This document shows positions 46,327 to 55,409 of a stretch of 59,463 nt of DNA, piece by piece. Source of the DNA: Escherichia phage Skure. The position numbers were made by a program, and so were the translations under genes. Under the pieces are notes generated by a model, which did not search any database, was not told where the DNA came from, and saw only the letters and a program-made list of their open reading frames with translations. Numbering within the stretch: position 1 is the stretch's first letter; every line of letters starts with the position of its first letter. The stretch lies in the sequence record MK672798.1; one strand, given 5' to 3'.

Positions 46327-48659
46327 CTTAAGTCCTTGAAAACACTCTCAATTGACTCGTCTATATACCATCCCAATCCCCTGAAATTACGCTTCAACGC
46401 ATCTTCACGCGTGACTGGAACGAGCGCACCCATGTCTACAAGTTGCTTGATGGTAAGGTCTGTTGCAGTACCTGCTCCCATCCTGTGATTCTTGAATGCT
46501 GCTAGACCGTAGGTTCTGCGTGTGATAGTTGCCTTTGGAATAATACCGTCAACGCGCAGCTCCTTACGATCACATGCAATCTTACCGCCAAGATAATCTT
46601 TGCAGACCTGACAGATAGCCTTCACACGTGTTTCGTCATCACCGCCAATAGTACCTTTTTCCCATGCGTTGATCATGATGTCTTGTCCATGCGTAACAAA
46701 ATCTACCGCCCATTGCATGTGGTTTGGTTGCACCACAGGATTGATCCAGTTTTCCCCCACCGCTAACAGAGACGCAAGACGCAGAGCTTTAAGGTGAGCA
46801 CGGTTCCACGGCTGACGGATTGCTTCGTCTTTGGTTGCGTTAATGTGTTCATCACATAACAGGTTAAACTCCCGTTCAATCCTTTCAGCTTCAGGACTTA
46901 ACTGGACTGTGACAGTTTGAAACTTCGCCATTGTTACTAAGGTGTGGTTAACAAGATGGCACACCATGTCCTTTAACTGCTGGGGCATTATAATCTCAGG
47001 GTTTTCGTTTGCAGGAACTCGATCTCCTTCATATTGCACAATGTGGAAACGGGACAAGAAACCGTCTTCCATCATTTCACGAGTTAATGCTTCAAAGAAA
47101 GTGTCCGGTGTTGTTTCTCCCAGCACGCTGAACGCCACCCCTTCCATTGTTTTGGTATTATTAGCCTTATCAGAATATCCAATACCGCCAACAACATCCA
47201 TCGCACCAGATTTTTGATACACATCTGTGATAGTTTGCTTCAGGGTATAGTTTGCAGTGCCAGGCTGAGCTGTCGCCATACCTTTAATGGTTTTACCAAA
47301 CTCACCGTTAATATTCACAAACGAAGTATGATCCGCAAAACTTTTACGCAAGGCAGGACCGGAAGCATAGTTAGTCATATCTACAAATTCATGCACTTGC
47401 GGTAATTGCTCGCCTACTTGCTTACAGATATAACTAGGCCCAGCGTGAAGCATTTCTTTACCCACACCAGATCGGGCAATAAGGACAAAGTAACCGTTCA
47501 GCCCTGTGTTGGTGATAGTATTCCATACCTTACCGCATACGCCGGACAAGAATGCTAACGATGCAGTGATTGCAATTTCTTTCACCGGACGCTGCGATGC
47601 TTTGTAGATATACTTCGCAAGCTCACCAGCAAGACCCGGCGGCCATTCAATAGCTGTTGCATCAATGGACGTGCTTTCTGCTACTACTATTTCACCGGAC
47701 GGGCTGACTGTGGTTACAGGCATTTCCGTTACCTGCTGCATTGTGCTGTGTGCGGCTTGCATACGGGCAGCGTAATCCCGCGCCAGCGCCGCTACGTTTT
47801 CCTGGGCAATGCGCTCACGTTCCATGCGACCGCGACACATACGCAAGCAACGGTCAATATGAACATTGTTCTTATTAGCCTTCTCACGTTTGCCCAGTGC
47901 ACTATAACGGAACAGACGACGACATTGCTCATTACTTTCCGTGTAGAATGCATACATAGAAATAAGGGCAAGGTCTGCTTCAGACTGGGAAGGGAATCCC
48001 ATTTCAACCCATTCACCGTTAAATAACCGTGCATACTTATCGCCGTTGTCTGCTTCAAGTGCACGCTGATGAATAGTTGCATCATCTTCTACCGGATCTT
48101 TTTCTACCAGTTCAATTTCATATGTCTTGCGCTGAAGATCAATTTCATTCACAAGCATAGTAAGGTAATGATCACGTTCTGCAACTGGTTTGTTGTAAAC
48201 GGGATTGCCCGTGCAGATAATAAAACGCTCCTGACTATAAACCTCGACACCATCACGTCGACGACCTTTACCGATGTTACCTCTTAACCACAGGTGAACA
48301 CCCAAGCCTGAGCGACTCACTTCGGTGTAAGTATCGAACGCAGTCATGATCTGTTCGAAGCGGCGCAACTGCTCCGGCGTCGTGTGCTTCTTGGGGTCCG
48401 GTTCATTGGTTGCATTCTTCACATCCAGGTCGATGCAGGTGAACGGGTCTTGTGCAGTAAGCACAAAGCCAATATAAGGTTTATTGAAATGAGCAGCACA
48501 ACCTTTGGCAGCTTCAAACGTCATAAGCATATCCGGATCGGTAACGTCCGCCGCCATCAAACGTCCAATATCGTTATCCCATACGAGCGGCTTTTTATCC
48601 GCATCGGCGACCGCCCATTGTGGGAAAGCTTTAATTTCAGCGGGAAACAGTTCCATCAT
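46320..48659 (-). CDS. DNA primase / replication initiation protein (primase-polymerase-like N-terminal region)
   Basis: 779 aa; SRSGLGVHLW resembles the primase-polymerase active-site region; ARSGVGKE nucleotide-binding-like segment; next to candidate origin. Confidence 0.45.
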   Translation of the reverse strand: MMELFPAEIKAFPQWAVADADKKPLVWDNDIGRLMAADVTDPDMLMTFEAAKGCAAHFNKPYIGFVLTAQDPFTCIDLDVKNATNEPDPKKHTTPEQLRRFEQIMTAFDTYTEVSRSGLGVHLWLRGNIGKGRRRDGVEVYSQERFIICTGNPVYNKPVAERDHYLTMLVNEIDLQRKTYEIELVEKDPVEDDATIHQRALEADNGDKYARLFNGEWVEMGFPSQSEADLALISMYAFYTESNEQCRRLFRYSALGKREKANKNNVHIDRCLRMCRGRMERERIAQENVAALARDYAARMQAAHSTMQQVTEMPVTTVSPSGEIVVAESTSIDATAIEWPPGLAGELAKYIYKASQRPVKEIAITASLAFLSGVCGKVWNTITNTGLNGYFVLIARSGVGKEMLHAGPSYICKQVGEQLPQVHEFVDMTNYASGPALRKSFADHTSFVNINGEFGKTIKGMATAQPGTANYTLKQTITDVYQKSGAMDVVGGIGYSDKANNTKTMEGVAFSVLGETTPDTFFEALTREMMEDGFLSRFHIVQYEGDRVPANENPEIIMPQQLKDMVCHLVNHTLVTMAKFQTVTVQLSPEAERIEREFNLLCDEHINATKDEAIRQPWNRAHLKALRLASLLAVGENWINPVVQPNHMQWAVDFVTHGQDIMINAWEKGTIGGDDETRVKAICQVCKDYLGGKIACDRKELRVDGIIPKATITRRTYGLAAFKNHRMGAGTATDLTIKQLVDMGALVPVTREDALKRNFRGLGWYIDESIESVFKDLSK

Positions 48660-48925
48660 TTACCTTCGTTAACAATCACTTTTAACAGAGATGTAATTAC
48701 ATCCTTGACTTTATCGATAGTGACGAAAGCTGTATCCATTGTGGCATATGTGCCAATATACTGATACTCATCCATGACTCTAATAAATGCGCGATATTGT
48801 GTAATCCCACCTTTTAATTCCACCTCTTCAAAATAAGCGCATACATCCTCAAATTGTCCTTCTCCCAGCCATGGAGCAGGGAATCGAATCATCTCTTTAC
48901 CTATATATGGTATTTTTCTAGCCAT
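48656..48925 (-). CDS. hypothetical protein
   Basis: Start at internal ATG (MARKIPYI) with GGAGG RBS. Confidence 0.4.
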   Translation of the reverse strand: MARKIPYIGKEMIRFPAPWLGEGQFEDVCAYFEEVELKGGITQYRAFIRVMDEYQYIGTYATMDTAFVTIDKVKDVITSLLKVIVNEGK

Positions 48926-49217
48926 AGATCTGTTTCCTCCGCCATTCTTCGTATGCTGAATTATTTGCGTCATATACTTCGCAAGCGTCTTTCATGCTGT
49001 CATACAGTCCAAGGAAAGTTCGCCTTGTTTCTCCACCTGCATCTACCCATGTTAATCGGGCGAGCCATTTACCAGTTTTATAATCGAAAGTAACTCCCTC
49101 ACGCCCGCTCACATTTTCCCGCGGCACTCGGGGCTTTCGGCGTGCGAGTCCACGACCTTTGAAATTACTACCCGGGACAGTCCTGCACTTACGACCCACG
49201 ACCAACCTCCGGCACAA
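48918..49217 (-). CDS. AP2-like DNA-binding domain ORF, possibly a degenerate homing-endonuclease fragment
   Basis: GVTFDYKTGKWLARLTWVDAGGETRRTFLGLYDSMKDACEVY resembles the AP2 domain of HNH endonucleases; Arg-rich N-terminus, no HNH motif. Confidence 0.3.
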   Translation of the reverse strand: MCRRLVVGRKCRTVPGSNFKGRGLARRKPRVPRENVSGREGVTFDYKTGKWLARLTWVDAGGETRRTFLGLYDSMKDACEVYDANNSAYEEWRRKQIYG

Positions 49218-49404
49218 CCCGGCCAGCGTGCAACATTAAGACAGGTTCTGCAACTGCACGAACATAGACATACACGTTAGCAATTTTAACTTCGCCCGGC
49301 AGCTTACCGCGAAGCGAACATAATTTGCGACGACTAAGACCGAAGCGGTTTTCAATTTCTGATGTGGTTATGTATTTAAGATCAAATTCTTTTTGACAGT
49401 CCAT
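49189..49404 (-). CDS. small protein with HTH-like segment
   Basis: 71 aa; AGGAGG RBS; ITTSEIENRFGLSRRKL resembles a helix-turn-helix; C-terminal part overlaps the next ORF out of frame. Confidence 0.35.
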   Translation of the reverse strand: MDCQKEFDLKYITTSEIENRFGLSRRKLCSLRGKLPGEVKIANVYVYVRAVAEPVLMLHAGRVVPEVGRGS

Positions 49405-49560
49405 ACCTACCTCCTAACAGCACTATACACAATCCATAGTAAGCCAGCCACAATTATTCCACCTGAAGTTATGATGTGAGCGGATTGTTAACATATAACC
49501 ACATGTGATGGAAAGTTTTGGGTAGGAATAGTTGGTGCTCCGCAGTTTGCACAATGTGAC

Positions 49561-49600
49561 GGAAAGTTTTGTGAGTTTTGCAAAGTTTTGCGAAGTTTTG
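49561..49600. repeat. four tandem (A)AGTTTTG repeats at about 10-bp spacing
   Basis: ggaaagttttg tgagttttg caaagttttg cgaagttttg; a fifth copy at 49513-49520. Confidence 0.6.
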
Positions 49601-50075
49601 TGGTGCCACTGTTGCTAAAAACTTTAATAAAAACAATAAGTTGGTGCAGTAAGTTTTTGCGTTTTGGGGTAAAACGCATTTTTTACCCTAATACCCTAAT
49701 CCCGACTGTTAGTAAAAAACGTATATAAATCAATAAGATAGATACTAAATGAATAGTGAATGGAATGGGTAGAAATCCAAATGATGGAAGTGGAATAAAT
49801 TATTCCTACTTGATGGAATAATGGAATCGGTACTCTGGAGCGCAAAAACCTAAAACTTTCAGTCAACAGACTAAAAACGGATAGAAACTAAAAGTTAATA
49901 AGTAATACCATAAATATATATAAAATAAGGATTTATTAGTAATGTATATAGTACCTATTGGTATTTATTTGAATGTTTTTGGGTCTGCAATAAAAAGTCG
50001 CAAAACTCACAAAAAGTGAAAGAATACAATTCGTGACAGGATTGTTAATGGAATATGGTGTATGGATATACAGTA

Positions 50076-50113
50076 TTATTCCAGATTCCGGAATAATTGG
50101 AATAATGGAATAA
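50076..50113. repeat. GGAATAA repeat cluster with embedded 10-bp palindrome ATTCCGGAAT
   Basis: TTATTCC-agattcc-GGAATAA-tt-GGAATAA-t-GGAATAA; related palindrome GGAATAA-a-TTATTCC at 49792-49806. Confidence 0.6.
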
Positions 50114-50233
50114 ATTATTGAACTATTGTGGTCGGAAGGTATATCAAGCTATAATGCGCTTAATCGCGGGATATTGGAGGAGGACTTTATTGCGCGGTTA
50201 ACCGGACCAGTAGGAGGGCTGGCCCGGAGTAGT

Positions 50234-50566
50234 TTAGAGCTGTACAGGTATGAAGTGGGCTAATGTGTCGTCGGACATGATACCCGACAATTTTTCGCTT
50301 ACCCATTCGGACCAAATGCTATCCGGTTCCTGGCGGTGCACAAACCAGATTTCGGAAGTGCCTTCTTTGCGCATCGGCTGCACTTCTACAAGGAACTTGT
50401 CCTGCATGAGGCGGGTGAAGCAGACGCTGGTCATTGGAACCGGCTTTTCGTGTTTATTGTAATAAGGAGTCAGTAATTTATTTCCGAAGTTGGCAACTTC
50501 ATAAACTGTTCCTTTGCGAAGCCCTCTGATGTCTGTGTAAGAGCGGATAAATGTTCTCATGTTCAC
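50234..50566 (-). CDS. hypothetical protein
   Basis: 110 aa ORF, first gene downstream (on - strand) of the iteron region. Confidence 0.45.
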   Translation of the reverse strand: MNMRTFIRSYTDIRGLRKGTVYEVANFGNKLLTPYYNKHEKPVPMTSVCFTRLMQDKFLVEVQPMRKEGTSEIWFVHRQEPDSIWSEWVSEKLSGIMSDDTLAHFIPVQL

Positions 50567-50610
50567 TCCTAGGGCTCCCGCAGAAGCCCGTTGGTTGATG
50601 TGGTTATAGA

Positions 50611-51225
50611 TTATGCGTCCAGTCCGTTATATTTGCGCCAGGCGTAGAACTGAATGGCGACTGTTGTCCCGTTGTGAGAAGGCATTGCCGCTTTCATTTC
50701 TTTCAGCTCCGGCGTGCGGCCCAGTTTGGCTAAAAGTTTGTCGCCCATTGCCCACACTTCGGCGGTTTTTCCTTTCAGAGGCTTGCGAGCGCCATTTTTG
50801 AAATCACAGCGAGCAGCTTTTGCATCCTGTTTTGGCGCAGCAGCTTTTGGCTCTTCAATTTTGATTTCAGAAACCTGCGTGGCAGCTTTTGCATGTTTCA
50901 TATCTTTCTCTTCCTCCTGCTCCAGAGCTTCGAGGCAGCTTTTGACGATTTCCGGATTTACCATCGGGCGCAGTACCGAGACGCTGGCAGCTGGCGCGGC
51001 GGTTGGTGCTGGGACTTTCTGCTCCGGTTGTTGCGCTTTTTTATGGTCGCGCAGTACCTGAAGGACTTCCTTCTCGACGATGTAAAAACCGATCTCGTCC
51101 TGATGGATAAGTTGTTCGTGTGCATCGCGTGCAACCTGGCCCCAACGGGTCTTAAGGGCGCGGCGTGCATTCGTTTTCATGGTGTAACGCATTTTGTCCT
51201 GTTCGCGGTGAGTTACTTTAGACAT
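50611..51225 (-). CDS. hypothetical protein with C-terminal domain paralogous to the 33760-34563 protein
   Basis: Start at internal ATG (MSKVTHREQ) with AAGGAG RBS; C-terminus ...VAIQFYAWRKYNG. Confidence 0.45.
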   Translation of the reverse strand: MSKVTHREQDKMRYTMKTNARRALKTRWGQVARDAHEQLIHQDEIGFYIVEKEVLQVLRDHKKAQQPEQKVPAPTAAPAASVSVLRPMVNPEIVKSCLEALEQEEEKDMKHAKAATQVSEIKIEEPKAAAPKQDAKAARCDFKNGARKPLKGKTAEVWAMGDKLLAKLGRTPELKEMKAAMPSHNGTTVAIQFYAWRKYNGLDA

Positions 51226-51298
51226 GGTATAGCTCCTTTCATTAATATTAGTTTGCTTATTACTGCCCACCGTAATGATGAGCAGTGTATAAGAAAAC

Positions 51299-51547
51299 TT
51301 ACTGCACGATTGCTACGAAATCGACGGTTGCGATATCCATACTTGCGAAAGCAACAATGCTGTAGTCGGTGTCGTTGTCCGCGTTAAAAGCTTTGAGGAA
51401 CTGCTGTACTGCTGCTTTATGGTTAAGCGTTACGTCGATAGCATAGTCCCAGCTATAGACTTTGCGCTTGCCAAAACCTTTAACTGCAATGCGAGCGCTT
51501 TTAGTGTTGGTCGGTGCCAAAAATTTGGTGACGATAGAAGTAGCCAT
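51299..51547 (-). CDS. hypothetical protein
   Basis: 82 aa ORF. Confidence 0.4.
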   Translation of the reverse strand: MATSIVTKFLAPTNTKSARIAVKGFGKRKVYSWDYAIDVTLNHKAAVQQFLKAFNADNDTDYSIVAFASMDIATVDFVAIVQ

Positions 51548-51615
51548 GATGTAATCCTCGTTTTGTTTAAGTTGACTTATTATTGCCCAGTCAGATCAAC
51601 TAGGCAAGATATAAA

Positions 51616-51768
51616 TCACTTAATTTGGACTAAATCGTATTCCTTGTAGATATCGCTAATGTACATGTCGAACTGTCCCATTAAGAAGATTTCAGCCTCC
51701 TCCCAGCTTGGGGCAGATACATAACCAGCTATTTTACCGGACGCGAGTTCCACTAATTTGAATTCCAT
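51616..51768 (-). CDS. hypothetical small protein, first gene of the - strand block
   Basis: Start at internal ATG (MEFKLVEL) with AAGGG RBS; about 50 aa. Confidence 0.3.
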   Translation of the reverse strand: MEFKLVELASGKIAGYVSAPSWEEAEIFLMGQFDMYISDIYKEYDLVQIK

Positions 51769-52088
51769 GATGTAACCCTTAATGTGGTTAAGCAGTATTG
51801 CTTTGTTGAAGTAATAATAGCCTTGCATCGTGATATTGAATAGGCCAAAAGTGCTATTTTGATATTGTTTTGCATCTAGTGAAAATTATGCTTGCCTTGC
51901 ATGTTTAGCACAAATGGCCTAACTAACATCACATTATCTGGAGTATTCGCACGGGCGCACACATACATATAAAGCTGCCAAAATATTTTTATAAAAAGAT
52001 GCAAAAAGGTGTAGACATATGATCGGTCTAGCACTACTATATACACATACCGCAAGGGTACTACAAATTAACTTAAAGGGTACACATT
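51769..52088. promoter_or_regulatory. divergent promoter/operator region between - strand and + strand blocks
   Basis: 320-nt AT-rich spacer; repeated motifs CCTTGCAT (51821, 51895) and TGATATTG (51831, 51860); candidate + strand promoter TAGACA-17-TACTAT at 52012-52040. Confidence 0.35.
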
Positions 52089-52373
52089 ATGTCCATCGTT
52101 ACTATGTCGTTCTTCGACCATTGCAATAACGAAAAACAAATTATCGTTAACTTGCAAAAAGGATCTGTTGTCGCACGCAATGCTAACCGCCAATGCATCG
52201 CGCTAACCGATTTTGCTTTCCGTCTTAACGTGGACAACACCACCGCCAAAAATATCGTTCACGATACAGCGTTGCAAGCTGCTCACGCTGCGAAGGATGA
52301 AGGTATCCGCGCCGCACGCAAAATCATGCATAAGGTGCTCGGCATCACGTTCTTCATTGGCATTAAGGGGTAA
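52089..52373 (+). CDS. hypothetical protein
   Basis: 94 aa, first gene of right-hand + strand block. Confidence 0.45.
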   Translation: MSIVTMSFFDHCNNEKQIIVNLQKGSVVARNANRQCIALTDFAFRLNVDNTTAKNIVHDTALQAAHAAKDEGIRAARKIMHKVLGITFFIGIKG

Positions 52374-52378
52374 CTACT

Positions 52379-52519
52379 ATGGCTCGCAAATACACGCTTA
52401 CACGCGCACAGCACGCGTTATTAATTGCAGCAATGCGCGCAGAATATGCAGTTCATGGCTGGCATAGTGCCATGATGCGCGGTAAAAGCATATATGCGGA
52501 CATACGCTCGCAAGGATAA
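52379..52519 (+). CDS. hypothetical small protein (46 aa)
   Basis: ATG 52379 with AAGGGG RBS; below ORF-track size cut-off; hand translation MARKYTLTRAQHALLIAAMRAEYAVHGWHSAMMRGKSIYADIRSQG. Confidence 0.3.
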   Translation: MARKYTLTRAQHALLIAAMRAEYAVHGWHSAMMRGKSIYADIRSQG

Positions 52520-52561
52520 CGCACACAGCAGCACCACAGCGAGCTAAAGCTCAAAGGTAAT

Positions 52562-52575
52562 GGTAATGCATTACC
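52562..52575. repeat. perfect 14-bp palindrome GGTAATGCATTACC
   Basis: Preceded by a direct GGTAAT copy; inside the 52520-52982 noncoding region. Confidence 0.4.
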
Positions 52576-52982
52576 AACACACAATAAGCACGCTGTACCC
52601 AGCAAAGCGGCGCTAATTTCAACACTCACAGGCTGTACGTTAACGCGTACGGCCTGCTATGCTATATGCGCGCCATGTATATAGCCAGCTCACACTGTGC
52701 ATCGATATAATTACGAATGAAATGGATTCGTCTGGAACAATAACAGATCTTACAGTCACAGACCGGTCCAATGAGCCGACTCATAGACCCCACCTAGGAT
52801 CATCAGGGTACTAATAATCACCCGAGGGTGCCTTATCCATCCTGATAGTAAGTCCTTGTCTAAATCTCACCTGTCACATACCCCACCTACCATAAAAAGT
52901 GACCCTTAGGAGTTTCACACTTTCTATATACTGGGTTTAGTGCTAAAATATAGGTGATGTAAACTTGATCAGAGGTATTGAA

Positions 52983-53456
52983 ATGAACTGGAATAACATA
53001 TTTGAATACAGGGATGGTGTTCTGTATTGGAAGGTGAGTAGACGATGTATAAACGCAGGAGACAGAGCTGGATATGTTCAAGAGGACGGATACACGAGAA
53101 TAGCATTTGAAGGCAAGCAATACCTGCGCCACCGAATAGTGTGGTTAATGCACGGAAGAACTATTCCGGAAGGTATGGAAATTGACCACATTGACCATGA
53201 CCGCCAAAATGACCGAATTGAAAATTTACGTTTAGTTACTGCTGTAGTAAACTGTCAAAATAAAGGAAAATATATCAGTAACACAAGCGGCGTTACTGGT
53301 GTAAGCTGGGACAGAAAGAATTTAAAATGGTTTGTAACTATAAGAGTCAATAAAAAGAATGTATTTTTAGGTCGTTTTGACAAATTTGATGAAGCAGTTA
53401 AGGTACGAAAGGAAGCGGAATTGCTGTATAATTTCCACGAAAACCACGGTAAATGA
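52983..53456 (+). CDS. HNH homing endonuclease with AP2-type DNA-binding domain
   Basis: HRIVWLMHG...EIDHIDHDRQNDRIENLRLVTAVVNCQNK (HNH) then SGVTGVSWDRKNLKWFVTIRVNKKNVFLGRFDKFDEAVKVR (AP2); ATG 52983 preferred over TTG 52965. Confidence 0.75.
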   Translation: MNWNNIFEYRDGVLYWKVSRRCINAGDRAGYVQEDGYTRIAFEGKQYLRHRIVWLMHGRTIPEGMEIDHIDHDRQNDRIENLRLVTAVVNCQNKGKYISNTSGVTGVSWDRKNLKWFVTIRVNKKNVFLGRFDKFDEAVKVRKEAELLYNFHENHGK

Positions 53457-53475
53457 TGGTTAAGCGGAGGAAATT

Positions 53476-53661
53476 GTGAGACTTGGACCTTATCTTGGTT
53501 TCTATGGTCGTGCTTTTTGGAATGATGAAACAAACAGGTTTGAAGGTTGGCTAATTACACCGGATCGTTTTACATTTCACAGTGTAAAAGAGAAGAATAT
53601 CGTTCTTAATTTTCAAAAATGTGTCGCTAAATATGTAGAGGAGCAAGAAGAATGCGTGTAG
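53476..53661 (+). CDS. hypothetical protein
   Basis: 61 aa, GGAGG RBS. Confidence 0.35.
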   Translation: MRLGPYLGFYGRAFWNDETNRFEGWLITPDRFTFHSVKEKNIVLNFQKCVAKYVEEQEECV

Positions 53662-53945
53662 AAGAAATTGTTGAAGGTAAAGAGTACCGTCTGCTAACTG
53701 ATATCGGTGCTGTAGGCTATACTCCGGATGGTGCAGCTTGTTTTAATGTCTTACCGCAAGCGGCAATTGTCACAGTTAATAAGGTTGTGACAAATTTATA
53801 CACTACTTCGCCTGACGGGAATTGGCCACATGCGGTTATTGTCACCTTCGGTAAAGATGGCTATGTTGACCTTGACGGCGAAGAAGACACTTACGAAGTT
53901 GCTTATACAGGTCTTGTCAGCCCCAATTTCCTGGAAGAAGTATAA
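53652..53945 (+). CDS. hypothetical protein
   Basis: 97 aa ORF. Confidence 0.4.
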   Translation: MRVEEIVEGKEYRLLTDIGAVGYTPDGAACFNVLPQAAIVTVNKVVTNLYTTSPDGNWPHAVIVTFGKDGYVDLDGEEDTYEVAYTGLVSPNFLEEV

Positions 53946-53996
53946 TTATCAATCTATAATGGGCTCTACGGAGCCCTTAATTATCTGGAGGTTGTT

Positions 53997-54293
53997 ATGC
54001 TGTATCTAGGAATGGATGAAACTGGTCACGCAATTCCTTCTGTTAACAAAGAAACGCAAGTATTTACAGACTATTACGGGTCTGCTATCCCTGTAGAGCC
54101 CTGGGCTAACTTTATCGCTGTAGATGCAGACGGTAAAGTACATTGTTATGATGCAAAACCTTCTTGCTATGAATCTGGTAAGCAGTGGATGCTTGGCGTA
54201 TACGGTTTGCATGTTCGCTACTGCGGCGAAGTTGACATTGAAGGTGTGGACTGGCGCGATACGTTGAAGGAGATTAAAGATGTCCGCGGCTGA
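53997..54293 (+). CDS. hypothetical protein
   Basis: 98 aa ORF. Confidence 0.45.
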   Translation: MLYLGMDETGHAIPSVNKETQVFTDYYGSAIPVEPWANFIAVDADGKVHCYDAKPSCYESGKQWMLGVYGLHVRYCGEVDIEGVDWRDTLKEIKDVRG

Positions 54294-54366
54294 AGTTACG
54301 ACATTTATAATAGCTTTTGCTGTTGCTTTATTCCTTATAGCTAAGTTAGATTTAATGATGGGATAG
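54280..54366 (+). CDS. 28-aa hydrophobic peptide
   Basis: ATG 54280 with AAGGAG RBS; hand translation MSAAEVTTFIIAFAVALFLIAKLDLMMG; overlaps upstream stop. Confidence 0.3.
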   Translation: MSAAEVTTFIIAFAVALFLIAKLDLMMG

Positions 54367-54369
54367 TTT

Positions 54370-54594
54370 ATGCGCTTACTCATGGTGTTAGGCGTTATAC
54401 TTGCCGCTTTCGTTGTATTTGCAATTGTAGACTCTAAAGAAATGGAGCGGCAAAACTGCCAACGTACTGGTAACAGCCGGGATGATATTATTTGGCAATA
54501 TATTTACGATGCAAAAGGTAATGTTATGTCAATGTATCCTCAGGTTATTACTGAGTATGAATATAAATGCAATGACCGTAACAGGTGGAGATAA
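54370..54594 (+). CDS. small membrane-anchored protein
   Basis: 74 aa; N-terminal TM helix LLMVLGVILAAFVVFAIV. Confidence 0.4.
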   Translation: MRLLMVLGVILAAFVVFAIVDSKEMERQNCQRTGNSRDDIIWQYIYDAKGNVMSMYPQVITEYEYKCNDRNRWR

Positions 54595-54596
54595 TA

Positions 54597-55076
54597 ATGG
54601 AAGTTACTGAAGCTGCTAAACGCATGGTAAAATTCTATGTCGGTTCTGATGCACCTTTAATTCGCGCTTTTGGTCAGGAACTTTATGTTTTCCAGGGCGA
54701 TCGAGAGGAGGCTGAAGAAATTGCTCAGGCAATCCTCGATCTGCAAGCAAAAGCGGATCGTGCGGAAGCCCTTGAAGCAGAATGGCGAGCTCAGGAAGAA
54801 CGTGCTGAAAATGCTGAAACGAATCTTGTCAACATGCGTGCTGCTGAGCACGCTCTATCCGATTCTTATATTCGTTTGCGTCAAATTGTTGGTGCAATGA
54901 ACCCGCCTGGTGTGAGCAGCGAAGAGGTGTGGGCGCATACCGAGAAGAAGGCTCAAGAGTTGCGTGATCGTTGCGAAGCTCTGGAAGCTGTAGCAAAGGA
55001 CTTCCTGCGCCGTAACAAATATGGTCCTTTGTTCTATCGTGATTTGTATAACCGTTTTAAGGAGATTGTGGAATGA
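54597..55076 (+). CDS. hypothetical protein (coiled-coil)
   Basis: Start at ATG 54597 with GGAG RBS. Confidence 0.45.
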   Translation: MEVTEAAKRMVKFYVGSDAPLIRAFGQELYVFQGDREEAEEIAQAILDLQAKADRAEALEAEWRAQEERAENAETNLVNMRAAEHALSDSYIRLRQIVGAMNPPGVSSEEVWAHTEKKAQELRDRCEALEAVAKDFLRRNKYGPLFYRDLYNRFKEIVE

Positions 55077-55342
55077 TTACCGCTCAAGAAGCTCGTGAAT
55101 TAAGCGATAAACTGGATATTAGCGAAGATATTGAATTTATCAGTGACAGCATTCGCGTAGCTGCTACAAAGGGATACAATAAAGTATCACTGGTAACCAA
55201 ATACGGAGCTGTTGGCAATCCTGACACTCAAGACCCGACCACTATGAAGATTGCTAAATGGTTAGCTGATTCTGGTTTTACGGTGTTATATTATCCTTCA
55301 ATGGACCAACGTGATAACGAGCGTACTGAGGTGGTCTGGTGA
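55073..55342 (+). CDS. hypothetical protein
   Basis: 89 aa ORF, start overlaps previous stop. Confidence 0.4.
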   Translation: MITAQEARELSDKLDISEDIEFISDSIRVAATKGYNKVSLVTKYGAVGNPDTQDPTTMKIAKWLADSGFTVLYYPSMDQRDNERTEVVW

Positions 55343-55409
55343 TTGAACAACATATGCAACACTGGAAAGATTTTATTGAAGAAATGCTGAAACCTTTGGA
55401 GAAGAAATA

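Larger units (their letters stand above)
49440..50230. repeat. AT-rich noncoding region with iteron-like direct and inverted repeats; candidate origin of replication
   Basis: About 790 nt without convincing ORF; repeat families AAGTTTTG and GGAATAA/TTATTCC; very AT-rich stretch 49890-49980. Confidence 0.45.

Noticed and set aside
49488-49679. 63 aa - strand ORF inside the iteron region
   Set aside because: Falls across the tandem AAGTTTTG repeats in AT-rich DNA with no RBS
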